Below, piece after piece: positions 18,112-32,190 of a DNA stretch of 64,000 nt (positions are counted from its first letter, which is position 1; every line of letters starts with the position of its first letter). The position numbers and the translations under genes were made by a program. The stretch lies in the NCBI RefSeq assembly GCF_009914755.1, contig NC_060926.1. The stretch is one strand, 5' to 3'. This stretch comes from the human T2T-CHM13v2.0 reference genome, Homo sapiens. Below the pieces are notes generated by a model. That model made no database searches, had not been told where the DNA came from, and saw only the letters and a list, made by a program, of their open reading frames with translations.

Positions 18112-18719
18112 CTATGCCAGTGCTGAACTGCCTGTCTCCGCTCTTCTTCTTGTGGGAAACACACAGCAAAACACCCAAGATCCTTATCTGGCTAAGTCAT
18201 CGCAGCGAAGGCTTCTGTTGTTTTGGAGCTGAACTTCTATGAGCACAGGGATCCCGTCTGTCTTGGGCCGGGGCTCACTAGTACCTGGTGCAATGCCAAG
18301 TACAGTGTTTCTTCAATAAACATTTGCTGAATGAATAAATTAATAATATTTAACAAAAAAGTGGGCAACTCACTTATTTTCTTATATCTTATCTAAAGCA
18401 GTGTCATATTTCTTATTTACCTTGGGGGGGATGTTTTTCCTTTTTGAACATTATGACTAGTGGCTACAGAGGGTTACTCTTTGCAACATAAAACAAATCA
18501 ATTTTTAAAATGCCTTGAAGTTTGGACTCTTAAGATCAGTGTTTCTCAACTTGTGGTTTGTAACCCATTAATGGGCCATGAAATCAATTTAGTGGGTCAT
18601 GACCAGCACTAAACAGAGAGGAGGAGAAGACCAGCAGGAGGAGGAAGCAGAATTAATTTATAAAATATCCTCATTGTAACTCTCTTTTGGGAAATAACAG
18701 TGGCTGCTGATCTATAGGT

Positions 18720-18752
<33 letters not shown>

Positions 18753-18768
18753 CACACGGACACACACA
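18720..18768. repeat. (CA)n microsatellite, (UG)n in ALK pre-mRNA
   Basis: 13 pure AC units (18720-18745) followed by interrupted units. Confidence 0.95.
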
Positions 18769-19049
18769 TGCACAGGTGTATGTGTCTTTCATTGTGATGT
18801 GAAATATATTTCTTACTGTGAATCACAGTTTTAAAAAAATTGAAAGCCAGGTTCAAGATGAGTAGTGTTCAAATTTCAAATGTCCATATGTGGAAATCAC
18901 ATTGGCCTGATTCTTGTTCCTGAGCCACCTCTCATTAGTTGGGTGACCTTGGAGGAGAAGTAATTTATTTGGACAGCGTTTTATGATTTGTAAAACTCTC
19001 TCATGCAATCTTAGAACAACCCAGTGAAATAGATGCTATCCCCAGTTGT

Positions 19050-19520
19050 AGTTGTGTGTCTAATAATGGCAGCCAATAGCCACATGTGGTTTTTGAGTAT
19101 TTGAAATGTGGCTGACGTGACTGAAGAACTGAATTTATTTTATTTAATTTTAATTAATTTAAGTTTAAGTACTGAAACTTAATTCAGTTATTGGAAAAAT
19201 ATGTTTGGAACAACTTGGGTATGTGAATATGATTTTCCAAGAATAAATTTTATAAAATACATCTCAAGTATTTCAGATGAAAATTTAGTCTCTAAACTGA
19301 AATGGCTATCAGTATAAAATGCATACTGGATTTCAAAGATTTAGTACAGAAGACATACAATGTTTTATTAATAATTTTTATATTGAGTACAAGTCAAAAT
19401 GAAAATATTGGATCTCTTGGGTTAAATGTTTATTAAAATGAAGTTCTTTTTACTTCTTATGATGTGGTTTCTAGAAAATCCAAAAGGACATTTTTGGCTC
19501 ATATTGTATTTCTATTAGCA
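19050..19520. mobile_element. hAT-Charlie derivative (MER3/MER33/Charlie5-type)
   Basis: agccacatgtggtttttgagtatttgaaatgtggct...ggatttcaaagatttagtac...ctcatattgtatttctatt. Confidence 0.75.
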
Positions 19521-19699
19521 CTACTTTAAGGATTAAGTATCTTGCCCTAAGCCCCTGGATAAAAAAGTGCTTCAATTACTATTACAATTCAGGTCCCTTT
19601 ACAAATCTATGGCTCTTCCCGCTAAACTAGGACAAGTCACATCTCCCTAGGCCTTGCTGTTCTTATCTTTAACAACAGCAAGTAAACTAGTGTATGACG

Positions 19700-19925
19700 A
19701 TAATAATAATAATGGCTAATGCTTATCCAGTGCCTATTAGTCCCGAGCAATATGTTAACATTTTGCAAGGTTTACTGCATTTTAATTTGCAACAACCCTG
19801 TAAGGTAGTTATATGATTATTAAACCTACTTTTTAGTTGAGAAAACTGAGACTCGGAGATATCAATTAACTTGCCTATCAGCTCAAGATGGTGTAGACTG
19901 AGGGGCCCAGAGCCCAGGAGCTCCA
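19700..19925 (-). mobile_element. MIR SINE
   Basis: aataatggctaatgcttat...caaccctgtaaggtag...gaaaactgagactcggaga...aacttgcc. Confidence 0.75.
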
Positions 19926-20944
19926 TGAAGATGACTAGACAGCTAGAGCCTTTCCCTGGACCTTGGCCTTTATGAAAGCAGCTGGACTCTGTTTGAGAGA
20001 TGGTATATTGCTTTTATTTCTAGAGTCTTTTTAGATTCATTTCCTTTGAGAAATAATGGCTGTCTGATCTTGTTGCTGATTCCAACACTATATGGCAGAA
20101 ATCTCCAATCTCTACAGTTTTTGAATACATAGATAAGGCTGAAGAAGGTGACTTTGTATCTGAAAATTTTCAACCAGAAAATTGAAATTTGGGCTTTGTT
20201 ATCATGGGTGCTTATTTAAAGTTCTACTTGCAATGTCAGACTACATCTCAATGAAAGCTTTCAAATATAGGGACAAATCATACTTTCCCAGGAAAATTAT
20301 TTTTCCTTTGTTATCAATCTTGTTTATGTGCATTAAATATAATTTAGAAAAGAAATGGTAAGAAAAAATTTATCTGTAGTCCTACCAATTAACCATTCCA
20401 TTTTGGTTTTTTATTTCACCACCTGCATAGGATTTTAAAAATTTAAAATATTTTTTTCTCTTATTCTTTCACTTAACATTGTCGTAAGCATCCTCTATGT
20501 TTTTATGTAGGACTTGCAAACATATTTATAAATATTTGTGTAATAGTCCAATAACTGGACATCACATTTAATCTGTTGTTTTAAACAATTAGGTTGTTTC
20601 CAGTTTCTTGCTATTGATAAAGTTGTTCTCCTGCTTCTGTGAATATCATACTCTTTCTGGAAGATAGTCCACCAAAATATGTACAGTTTAAAAACCTTAA
20701 ACTGTGCATATTCTTTTACCCAATAATTTCCTTTCTAGGAATTGCTTTAAAGAAATGGAGTTATTTCTAAAGACATGTTTGCAAAGTTTCCCAGCATTAT
20801 TTACGGGAGTAAATATTTAGAAATGGTAAATGTTCAATACATAAGATTAGTTATGTAAAGTATGGTGTATCCACATAATAAAGTACTTCATGGAGTCATT
20901 AAAATTATTCTCTGGAAGAATAGGTGAGGATTTTTAAATATTAA

Positions 20945-21192
20945 TAACAATAGCTTTCTTTTACTGAGTACCAGACACTGTGCTTATATATATATTTAGG
21001 ATATAATTTAATCCTGAACTATGCATGTGCTTGGTATTATTATTACTGTCTCTTTCACACAGATGAAGAAACAAATTTAGAGGGTTAGGTGACCTCCCAT
21101 AGCCACAAAGCTGATAACTGAGTAAGCAATAGAACTAAGACAAAAAAACCCTGGTGGTTTTTCTCCAGGACTTACATCCTTAACCACCATGC
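20945..21192 (-). mobile_element. MIR SINE
   Basis: ccagacactgtgct...cagatgaagaaacaaatttagagggttaggtgacct...ttaaccaccatgc. Confidence 0.7.
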
Positions 21193-21424
21193 TGTATAAA
21201 CAACTAGGAAGTTCATAAGCTCTCATTAGAAGAGAGAGGCAGTTATAAAACAGCATGGATAGTGTGACCTCAGTCTAGCAAAATCTAATAAATATATGAC
21301 TCTACACACAGAACAACTTGAGAAAATTCACCAAAATGTAAAATGGGTAACTCTGGAGGTTAGAATATTTTTCTTTACACTTTCTTGAATTTTCCAAAAC
21401 ACCTGCTACTTAAAAAAAAATACT

Positions 21425-22310
21425 GTTTACAGTGATAAGATATACACAGCACAAAATGTACCATTTTAACCATTTTTCAGTATACCATTCAGTGGCATTA
21501 TGTACATTCCCAATGTTGTGCAACTATCATCACAACCCAATTTTAGATATTTTCACCATCCCAAACAAAACCTCTGTACTCATTTAACAATAACTCTCCA
21601 TTAATCCCTCCCCTCAGCACCTGGTAACCTCTATTCTACTTTCTGTCTCTGTGAATTGGCCTATTCTAGATACCTTGTAAAATTGGAGTCAAATGATGTT
21701 TGCCCTTTCAGGTCTGGTTTATTTCATTTAACACAATGTTTTCAAGTTCATCTATTTCACAGCATGTATCTGAATTTCCTTCCTTTTTAAGGTCATGGTA
21801 TGTGTATACCACATTTCGTTTATCCATTCATCTGCTGATGGACATTTGGGTTATTTCTATCTTTTGACTAATGTAAATGATATTGCCATGAATGTTGGTG
21901 TACAAGTATGTTTGAGTCTCTGTTTTGAATTTTTGGGGGTGTATATGCAGGAATGGAATTGCTGGGTCATGTGATACTTCTATGTCTAACCCTGTGAGGA
22001 GCCACCAGACTGTTTTCCATGGCAACTACACCACTTTACATTCCCACGAGCAATACACAAAGATTCTAATTTCTCTCCATACATCCTCACCAATATTTGT
22101 TGTATTACTTTAAAAAAATAATAGACAAACTAATGGATGCGAAGTGGTATCCCATGGTTGATTTGATATGCATTTCCCTAATGACTAATGATGTTGAGCA
22201 TATTTTTATGTGCTTATTGGTCATTTGCATATCTTCCCTGGAGAAATGTCTACTCAAGTCCCTTGCCCATTTTTTAGTTGGGTTGTTTGCTTTTATCTGT
22301 CACTTCTTGA
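21425..22310 (-). mobile_element. L1MB-type LINE-1 3' fragment
   Basis: Reverse L1 3' UTR and ORF2 end (cattcagtggcattatgtacattc...ggaatggaattgctgggtcat...tttccctaatgactaatgatgttgagcat). Confidence 0.88.
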
Positions 22311-22667
22311 ATTAGAAAAACAAACCACAGTGACTTTTGTGCAGAATTTTAAAAAGTAAACATCGGATTGTATCCATTCCCTGCTTCCGTATCTCAATCT
22401 GCCTCTGGGATAAAAAGTTCACACTACCAGAGCATGGGCTGCCTGGGCTCCCTCTCCAGCCTCCCATCCTGCCTGTCCACCTCACACTTGCTTCTGAAGC
22501 TGTTCTCAATGCCCCCACAGTTCTTGTAGACACCATGCCTTCATCCATGCTGTGCCATATGCTGAGAAAGCCTCCTCATCTTCTCTTCCTGTTATTTCCC
22601 TTCTTTATTCAGCGAAATTCTAATCATCCTTCCAGATTCAGCTCAGGATCATTTCAAATAAAACTCT

Positions 22668-23040
22668 TGCTATGGTGTAAATGTGTCTCTTCCAAAACTC
22701 ATGTTGAAACTTTATTTCCATTGTGGTGGTATTAAGAGAGGCCATTTTGGGAAGCGATTTAGTCATGAGGGCTCCACCCTCATGAATGAATTAGTGCCTT
22801 GTAAAAAGGCTGGAGGGAACTAGCTTAGCCTCCTTTTTCCCTTAGCCCCTTCTGACATCTGAAGACACAACAGCAAGGCACCATCTTGAAGCAGAGAGCA
22901 GCCCTCACCAGACACTAACGGTCTCAGTGCCTTGATGTTGAACTTTGCAGCTTCCAGAACTGCGAGAAATAAAATTTCAATTGTTTATAAACCATTCAGT
23001 CTCAGGTATTTTGTTGTAGCAGCACAAATCGACTAAGATA
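22668..23040 (+). mobile_element. MaLR solo LTR (MSTC/MSTD-like) within an L2 fragment
   Basis: tgctatggt...catgagggctccaccctcatgaatg...aataaa...gactaagata; L2-like flanks about 22420-23245. Confidence 0.82.
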
Positions 23041-24242
23041 CCTTCCAAACTCTTTGGCTTTACTCCTGCATTTGCCACATGTGTGAATGCTTCTGACATT
23101 TACCTCCTAATAATGGAGTTACCTGTGTCTGTCTCTCTCATGAAACATGCTCACTCCTTGACAGCAGGGGTGGGTTTTTGTCATTTGCATACACTCAATG
23201 CCTAGCGCATAGAAAAAGCTCAATATTGCCTAATAGAACTGAACTCTTGATTTATATTAGCTAATTGCTTACCGATGAGGCTTTATATTTTGTCTATCAG
23301 TAATGCACGGCAGTACCTGTTTCATTGCACCCCTGTCTGAACTGGGAATTATATTTGTTGTTTCAATTTGCATGTCTTTAATTACTAGTGAGGTTGAGTC
23401 ATTTCCCCATATGTTCTTTAATTAGTTGCTTCTCATCTTTTGTGAATTGTCTGTTTTTTTTGTTCAGTTATCTATTGGAGGCTTAGTGTTTTCCTTGTTG
23501 ATTTGTAAGAACTTCTTAAAACTAGGCTCTTAATTAACCCTTTATCTATTATATTTGCTAAAAGAAATTATTCCATGTGTCCTTTGCCATTTAGTTTTGT
23601 TTTTAATGTAAACAATTTGGACAATTTTATGCTATCAAATCTTATATATGAAGTTTACTGATTTGCCTTTTTATATTTATGAACTTGAGTGTCTGTAATA
23701 GCTTTCCATAGTATTACTTTCATTAATATGTGACAAAAATAGTCACTGTAAAGGTATACCTTGCTTTATGGATCTTTGGCTGGAAATTTTAAGCATAATT
23801 ATATTCATAGATATCATTAAGTGGGGGGAAAAAGGGAAAACCTTTGTAAAGAGTCACTAACTTTGTGTTGTAAATTGAGCTTTCTTTAGGACTTCCTTAG
23901 CTATTAGAGCTAGAGAGAGAAAAAAGCCCTAAATTTTAAGTGAGATCTAAATTGCAAAACAATAGCAAGGCTGGGAGAAGAAGATTTAGAAAAGAGCTTG
24001 CAAATTGTCAGCCTTTCAGAGCACATTGATTGTTCTTGGATGGGTTTTCATTTGGCCAAAGGCTTGGTCTGCACTGACTTTTAGATTTGGATTGGTCTTC
24101 AATGCTTAAAAGTCAGGAAACAGTAACCACTTGAATATCTGGAGCTGTTCTGGATTTGGAAAAGGGAAGGAAGATCTGGCAATGTTGGGCCTATCGTTTC
24201 TTTTTTGGTGGCAATAAATGGCTGGATTTGAATACCTGCTAC

Positions 24243-24799
24243 TGTCAGAGGTGTTTGAACCAGAGCAACTCCATCTTGAATAGGGTCTGGGTAAAGTGAG
24301 GCTGAGACCTACTGGGCTGCATTCCCAGACAGTTCAGGCATTCTATGCCACAGGATGAGATAGGAGGTCAGTACAAGATACAGGTCATAAAGACCTTGCT
24401 GATAAAACAGGTTTCATTTCAGTAAAGAAGCCAGCCCAACCCCACCAAAACCAAGATGGTGACGAGAGTGGCCTCTGGCCATCCTCACTGCTATACTCCC
24501 ACCAGCACCATGACAGTTTACAAATGCCAGGGCAACATCAGGAAGTTACCCTATATTGTCTAAAAAGGGGAAGCATGAATAATCTACCCCTTGTTTAGCA
24601 TATCATCAAGAAATAACCTTAAAAAAGGGCAACAGCAGCCCTCAGGGCTGCTCTGTCTATGGAGTAACCATTCTTTTATTCTTCTACTTTCTTAATAAAC
24701 TTGCTTTCACTTTACTCTATGGACTCACCCTGAATTCTTCTTGTATGAGATCTGAGAACCCTCTCTTGGGTTCTGCATGGGGACCCCTTTCCTGTAACA
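24243..24799 (+). mobile_element. MER41A solo LTR (ERV1) inserted in a MER102-like DNA transposon
   Basis: tgtcagaggtgtttgaaccagagcaactccatcttg...cccctttcctgtaaca; 4-bp TSD ctac/ctac; flanks (about 24170-24242 and 24800-24975) join into MER102-like sequence (ggcccacttcactcattt...ggcatttgagttt). Confidence 0.9.
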
Positions 24800-25774
24800 C
24801 TACCCCCTCAGATGGCCATGTCTCTCCAATTCCCCATAGTCCCCACAATTTCCTAATGTCCCCCTCACTGAGGCTGAGGGTCAGTGGCCATTTATCATCT
24901 TACCATTGGCCCACTTCACTCATTTACTTTACCTGCTAGGCTGCTGTGGGCATTTGAGTTTTTTTGAGGACCTCAGGCTGGGCTGCTGAAATTTACTGGG
25001 TAATCTCCCCAGTCATGGAAATATGGGGATTAAATTTAAATCTAGTTCTGACTGTTTAATTGGGAACAGTCAATCTGTGAGTATTTGCTCTGTCCATTTC
25101 TGTAAGTGGAAATTGATGTCTGTTCTCTCCACCCCTGCCCTCCACCTTTCTCTCCTTCCCCTTCCCTTGGTTTGGATTTAATGAATATGATTTATATTGA
25201 CTTCAATTCATAAATTCTGTAACAAAAGCCCAACTGAAGAAGCAGATAGTGAAATGACCTCAATTGAACGAGCCTGAAGATACAGCTGGTATCTTGCATC
25301 TTACATCCTAATGGCTGCAGGTAGTGATGGTAAATAAATAGGGGCAGACTCCCAATTTCTTTGGAAAGCAGAAATGCTTGAACTTTGAAAATCAGAAGAG
25401 AAAACAGAGTGAAAAAAATGGTCAGTTGTTTAGGACTAAAGAAAAGGAAAAAGATAACTGTTAAATATTTATAAACATGACTTAGACAAAAATTTTGGTT
25501 GTGGTAGAAAAAATGTCTTTCAGACTGTTAAAAGTATAATCTTGTGTAGAAAGAAACAATCTAAAATGCCAGGCTCAAGGATCCGAACATTCAAGAGGCT
25601 GGATTTGAAATCCTGAGCATCTGTATGCCCCCTCAGTGAGGAGATGGTCAAAATGCACCCCAAGCCAAACCTGGCATCAGGAATTTGTACCTGTGATAGC
25701 CCAACTAGTATCTGCAGAGCCTATCTGGGAGATGCTGCAGCCTAGGGGGTTATTTCCCCACTGTTCAGAGCTCT

Positions 25775-25992
25775 GACCACCTATGCCAAGTCCTGGCTCT
25801 GCCATTACTTGCTGTGTGATCTTACTGTAGGACAAGGCATGTAGCGTTTCTAAAGTGTCTACGAAATAGGGACAGTGACAGGACTCTCTTGTAGAACTAT
25901 GGAGAAGTCTCACGGAGGAAACCCATGTAAAATGCTTAGCACACTGTGTGGCATTCAGCAAGGGTTCAAGAACTGTTCACTCCTGTTATTAT
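25775..25992 (+). mobile_element. MIR SINE
   Basis: tcctggctctgccattacttgctgtgtgatctt...catgtaaaatgcttagcacactgtgtggca. Confidence 0.7.
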
Positions 25993-27949
25993 TGTCATCA
26001 CAGTCCTTACTATTGCAAACAAGACTGTCTTGAGGATTTGTGTTACTGTCAAGACAACTTTCAATGACGAGGGATACAAGAAATGTAGCAAGAATCAATT
26101 CTCAAGGTTGTAGTCTCTATATAAGGACTTGAATGGTGGCAGGTAAGGCAGGGCAAATAGAAAGGTGGCCACTGTGATTTCATGAATTCACTCTCATTTA
26201 AATACAGAAGCTATTATCAAGAAGCCTTAGGGTTTTGCTATTGATTTTAGTGGGGCCTGTGAGAACCATCCAGGTTTCATTTAAATGTGGAAGTGACATT
26301 TAGCTTAGGGTTTTCTGATCAATATTCTACCTGCACAGGTATATACTGATGACATTTTCTAGGTTTCTCAAGGCTTATTACTAGCCCTCAAGGGCCATGA
26401 GGTAGCCTCCATTTGGTGTTTATAAGCTTACACTATTCAGTCTGTGTCATAAGCTGTAAATATTTCTCCTCCAGACAATTTGTAGTAAATTATATTTCCA
26501 AATTTTGATTTTTCTCCTTTTATTAATAATACTAACTTGTGAAATCAAAAATATCTCTACAAATACTTTAGCTTCATTATCAGACTCTTTTCTACAATGT
26601 TTCTTAAAGAAAGTGGTCTGTCTATGCATAGAAACATTTGTCACACAAATGTGTAATAAAACCACATATATTTTGTTCTCTAGTACTGTGTAGGTTCTGA
26701 ACAGGCAGATGTTCACTGACTGACTGATAGATGAAAAAAGCAAATGCAACAATTTTTAATGGAAAAAATAAAAGAATAAGGGAACTAAGCATCACTCTGA
26801 AATTGAGACCTTGCTCTAAATTCTGTTCTTAAGCAGCCTGGAGCAGATAATCAAGTAGCACATTTAGAAACACTAAGGCATATTGAAAGTGCTTGATTCT
26901 CAGGAACCAAATGGTCATGAGAAATGTATTTCCAACCTAGCCAAGAATGCTGATACTCTCTTAGAGAACGATTTCTGAAATAATTCCAGCCAGATTCTCA
27001 GGGCTCAGGGCTCAGAGCTCACTGATCTCAGATCCTGGGTCTTTTGGCAAGAGATATGAAGGTTGCCACACTGGGCATAAATAGCAGAGGTAGGTCAGTA
27101 TCCTTTATTTTGACCTTTTAACTAACAAATGGGCATGAGACAAAACTTCACACCAAGGGTCCTACATGAATGCATTCTCTTTCATTGGAAACACCCATTG
27201 ATAGGTCAAGAAATAGATTGTAAGTACCTCCAAGATATAGCAATATATTAGTGGGGTGGGGGATGTATAAAGTGGTATATATACCCTCCTAGTCCTCAGG
27301 GAATATATAATATAGTGTGAAAACAAGCAAGAACAAAACAAAAGGTATAGATAGGTCCTAAGTGCCACATAATAGTAATAATGGAGATTGAGATTTTAGG
27401 GTGTGGGTTAGGGTGGACATTTGCATGTATCTAGTCTCCCGTCCTCTCCCTCCAAGTTGACTCCAGAGAGTCTAAGCTTATACTCATGCGCTCTTTCGAA
27501 GCCCTGGCAAAGGAGTCCTCTAGACTGAGAGCCCTTAAATCCTCTATTGAGATGAAAGGCTGTCTCTTTCCTCCTCCAGGTCTGGCCAGTGATGTCTACA
27601 CTGCATTCCTTGTTTGATTCCTTTTGCTTTAAAAACTCTTCTGGTTTCTGGAAGACTGACACCAACTAAATCTTCTGTAAAAAGTCCTCCCTTCTTTCTG
27701 GCATCTCTACATACTACAGGATTGTCCTCAATCAAGAGCTGATCTTTCCTTCATTTGCAAACATACTTGTTTGTTTATGGCATGTGCTATAACACTTGAG
27801 ATTACTCACAGAGACAGAAAACTTTAGACCTGGCCAGTACTGTTAGAATTGGATTAGGCTTTCTGGTTTCATGCTGATATATTCCTGCTTATCTCAGGGT
27901 TAGGCCTTGGCCCAGTGACTTCATTGCCTCTCCTTGGAGCTTTGTGGCT

Positions 27950-28466
27950 TTTTGTTTTGCCTATAGAATGAAGTCCAAACTCTTTAGCCTGGCCCAACAT
28001 TATCTTTACAGCTCCCTGCTTTCTGACCCTTTGGTTTACTCTGTGGCCCACCTCCCAACCCACAAGACTGGTCACTGCTACCTGAGGACGACATTCTTCT
28101 TAAGGCCACCAAGCCTTTGCACACACCCCTCCCTACCCTCTCTGCCCTTCTTCCCCTTCTCTACCTTGGAATCTGCTCACCCTTCAAGGTCCATTTAAGG
28201 GTCACCTCCTCTGGGATGACTTTTCCAACTTCCTCAAGCAGAGTTGGCCTTATTCCCCTTTCCTGTAGCCAAATCTTTGGGTGCAATATTTTCTAAAACT
28301 TAGTGCGTTATTATGACCGTATGCCTGTGTTTCCAGCTATCCATGTTCTTTCTCCCCAAGGCATGAACTACCATTTGTTCATTCAGCATTCATTCATTCT
28401 CTGCACCATTTATTCCAGTTCTGGCATACGGTGGACACCCATAAATGACTCCTGAATTGAACTGAA
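27950..28466 (+). mobile_element. L2 LINE 3' fragment
   Basis: gcctatagaatgaagtccaaactcttt...ccttcaaggtcc...gtcacctcctctggga...tgaattgaactgaa. Confidence 0.7.
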
Positions 28467-29349
28467 AGGGACTATAGGGGTTTAGAAATGTGAAATAATC
28501 TATCAATTATTTTAAGAAGTCAAATATGAAAATTTAAGAGGGTAGACTATAATTTTCTGCCCATATACACTCCTATAAACATGCACAGGTGGGCAAGTTA
28601 TCTTTCTAGTCAATATGCATCCAGTACCTAACATACCTTGAAGGGTTCAGACAGAAGAACCTTGAAGGGTTCAGACAAGTCTACCCAGATCTGAGGGCAA
28701 AAAGTGTTTCTGGAAGTGCTGGATGGACTTTTGCTTATCTGCCTGAAATGGTACAGAGAGCCCCCAACTGAGCTTTAACGGCCTTTCCAGGAATCTGTAT
28801 ATTGAAGGGAATCCATCTGATGGCCTTAGGACCCTCACTCTGTAGGTGGTTTTGGGGACTCAGAATTACATCCAAGTCTGTTTATTAGAAATTTAGAGAG
28901 CCAAGAGACCAAGCATCTTGGGATCTGAGTAGGACTGATTAAGTAGGTAGGAGAAGCAGCCCCAAACGTCTGCCCAGCAGAGGCGTATGGGCTGAATTCT
29001 GCATCACTGACAAATAATAGAGAACTCCAGAATTATGACACAGTTTTTAATATGTTCAGCTTTCTAATCTTCCTTGTCTCTCCACATTCTTAATATTTGC
29101 CATCAACTCTTAATGAGGTTCTATATCTTCATTTTGGGGGGTATATTTCTGTTAATTTATCACCTTCAATCCCATGAGAAATGTGTTTCAAGAAGACATG
29201 GATGAATTATTGTAAAGCATATTTATTTAGCACAATCTAATTATTGCAACATTCTGTAAAGGCAAATGAATAAATCATAAATGAAGAGTAATGAGGGTGG
29301 AGCTGCTGTGCCTGTGTTCATGATGTGTGTGGGTCACAGGGGAGCATGT

Positions 29350-29351
<2 letters not shown>

Positions 29352-29395
<44 letters not shown>
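29352..29395. repeat. (GT)22 microsatellite
   Basis: Uninterrupted dinucleotide run. Confidence 0.97.
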
Positions 29396-29397
<2 letters not shown>

Positions 29398-29469
29398 TAG
29401 TTCACACATTATCCTGACTTGGCTTGGGATTCTAGATAAGATATCTGGGCAGAAACACTTTCACTTGCT

Positions 29470-30810
<1,341 letters not shown>

Positions 30811-31372
30811 TTTAGATGATCCCACGATAGCTGTTAAACAATCCCCATGCCTCCATTCCATTCCAGAGATTGTGCTTCCTCTCTTCTTGGCTCACAACCA
30901 GCCCCATATGGAAACTGAGTGCTTGCATCATCCAGAAGATGCTAAAAAAGGGGGAAGTTGCCCAGTTTGTAGCTGTTTAGGCCCCTGGCTATACAACAGT
31001 ATCCCGGTGATTGGAGGAGGGGTGTTGGGCTGGGCATGGAGGAAGCTGCTGGCCTTTTGCAAGCTGAGGGACAGGAGCACAAGAGAATACCAAGTTCACT
31101 GTCAATGGCACATCCATCGCGTCTGAAAATGGAGCATGTTCACTGTCCATCCAAATGTTCATATAACCTTCACATGTGTTCATAAATGTTCATATACCCT
31201 TCAAAGCCAGTGATCTGTGCTAAAATAATGTAAGCATGGAAGCTACTAAAACCATCTAGGAGGATCTAAGCTTAAATGCTACTAATTTGAGACAAAACTG
31301 TTTTATTTTTAAAAATATCATACGATATGTTTAGAGGAGCGAGGTTGTTATCACATTCTCTTTTTGTCTGAA

Positions 31373-31557
31373 GCAGTTGTTCCCAACCCTGGCTCCCCAT
31401 GAAAATGACCGGGGCCGGGCATGGGGGGTAGTGGTGGTGGTTAAAGCATGTGGATGCCTCAGTCCCACCCCTAGATATATTGATTTAACTATTCTGGGGT
31501 GGGGTCTAAGTAGTGATGTTTCAAAAGGTTTTCAACAGATACTACTGAGAATCACTG
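31373..31557. mobile_element. MER5-type hAT-Charlie MITE
   Basis: cagttgttcccaaccctggct...gatgcctcagtcccacccctaga...tggggtgggg...tgagaatcactg. Confidence 0.6.
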
Positions 31558-31699
31558 ACCCAGGGCCTTGCTCAGCAAGGACTTCTAGTGAACTTTGGAT
31601 TAATAGAGAGAGGAGGATGGACAAGGATGAGCCATCAAATCCAGCAGGCCAAGCAAAGTTTATAACCAATCCCCTTCCCAACTAGGTCCAGCATCCCCT

Positions 31700-32190
31700 T
31701 TGCTCTTCTAGGCAGACAGCCAGTTTCTGCTGGACAACCATGGGTGGGTGCCGTCTGTGGCTTACGAGACAGCTTCTCTGTGTTGGATGAGCTTTAATTG
31801 TTAGACATGTCTTTCCCAGTCTAAACTCAACCCTGCTGCTCTCTAATGTCCATTTATGGGTCCTAGTCCTGCCATCTGGACAAAGACTGATTCAGTCTAG
31901 CCCCTTTTCACATGAGAGTCCTTCCACTATTTGAACACAATTACCAGGACTTCTCTACTCTTTTCTACACTATACATCCCATTTCCTTGATCTGTTCACT
32001 GCATGGCCTCCTTTCCAGGCCTGTAACCATCTCTCAGCTCTAGTTTACCAGTTTTCTCTCTAAGCTGGGAAACTTCCAAATGCTCACCCTCCAGATGGTG
32101 TCTGCCCAGGGCCAGTACAGCAGGACAATTACATTCCTTGATAAGGCCATTACACTCCTAGTAATGAACCACCACACTGCATTGGCTCAA
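31700..32190 (-). mobile_element. L3/CR1 LINE fragment
   Basis: gctttaattgttagacatgtcttt...ggtcctagtcctgccatctgg...ccttccactatttgaac...tccagatggtgtctgcccagggccagtacagcagga. Confidence 0.6.
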
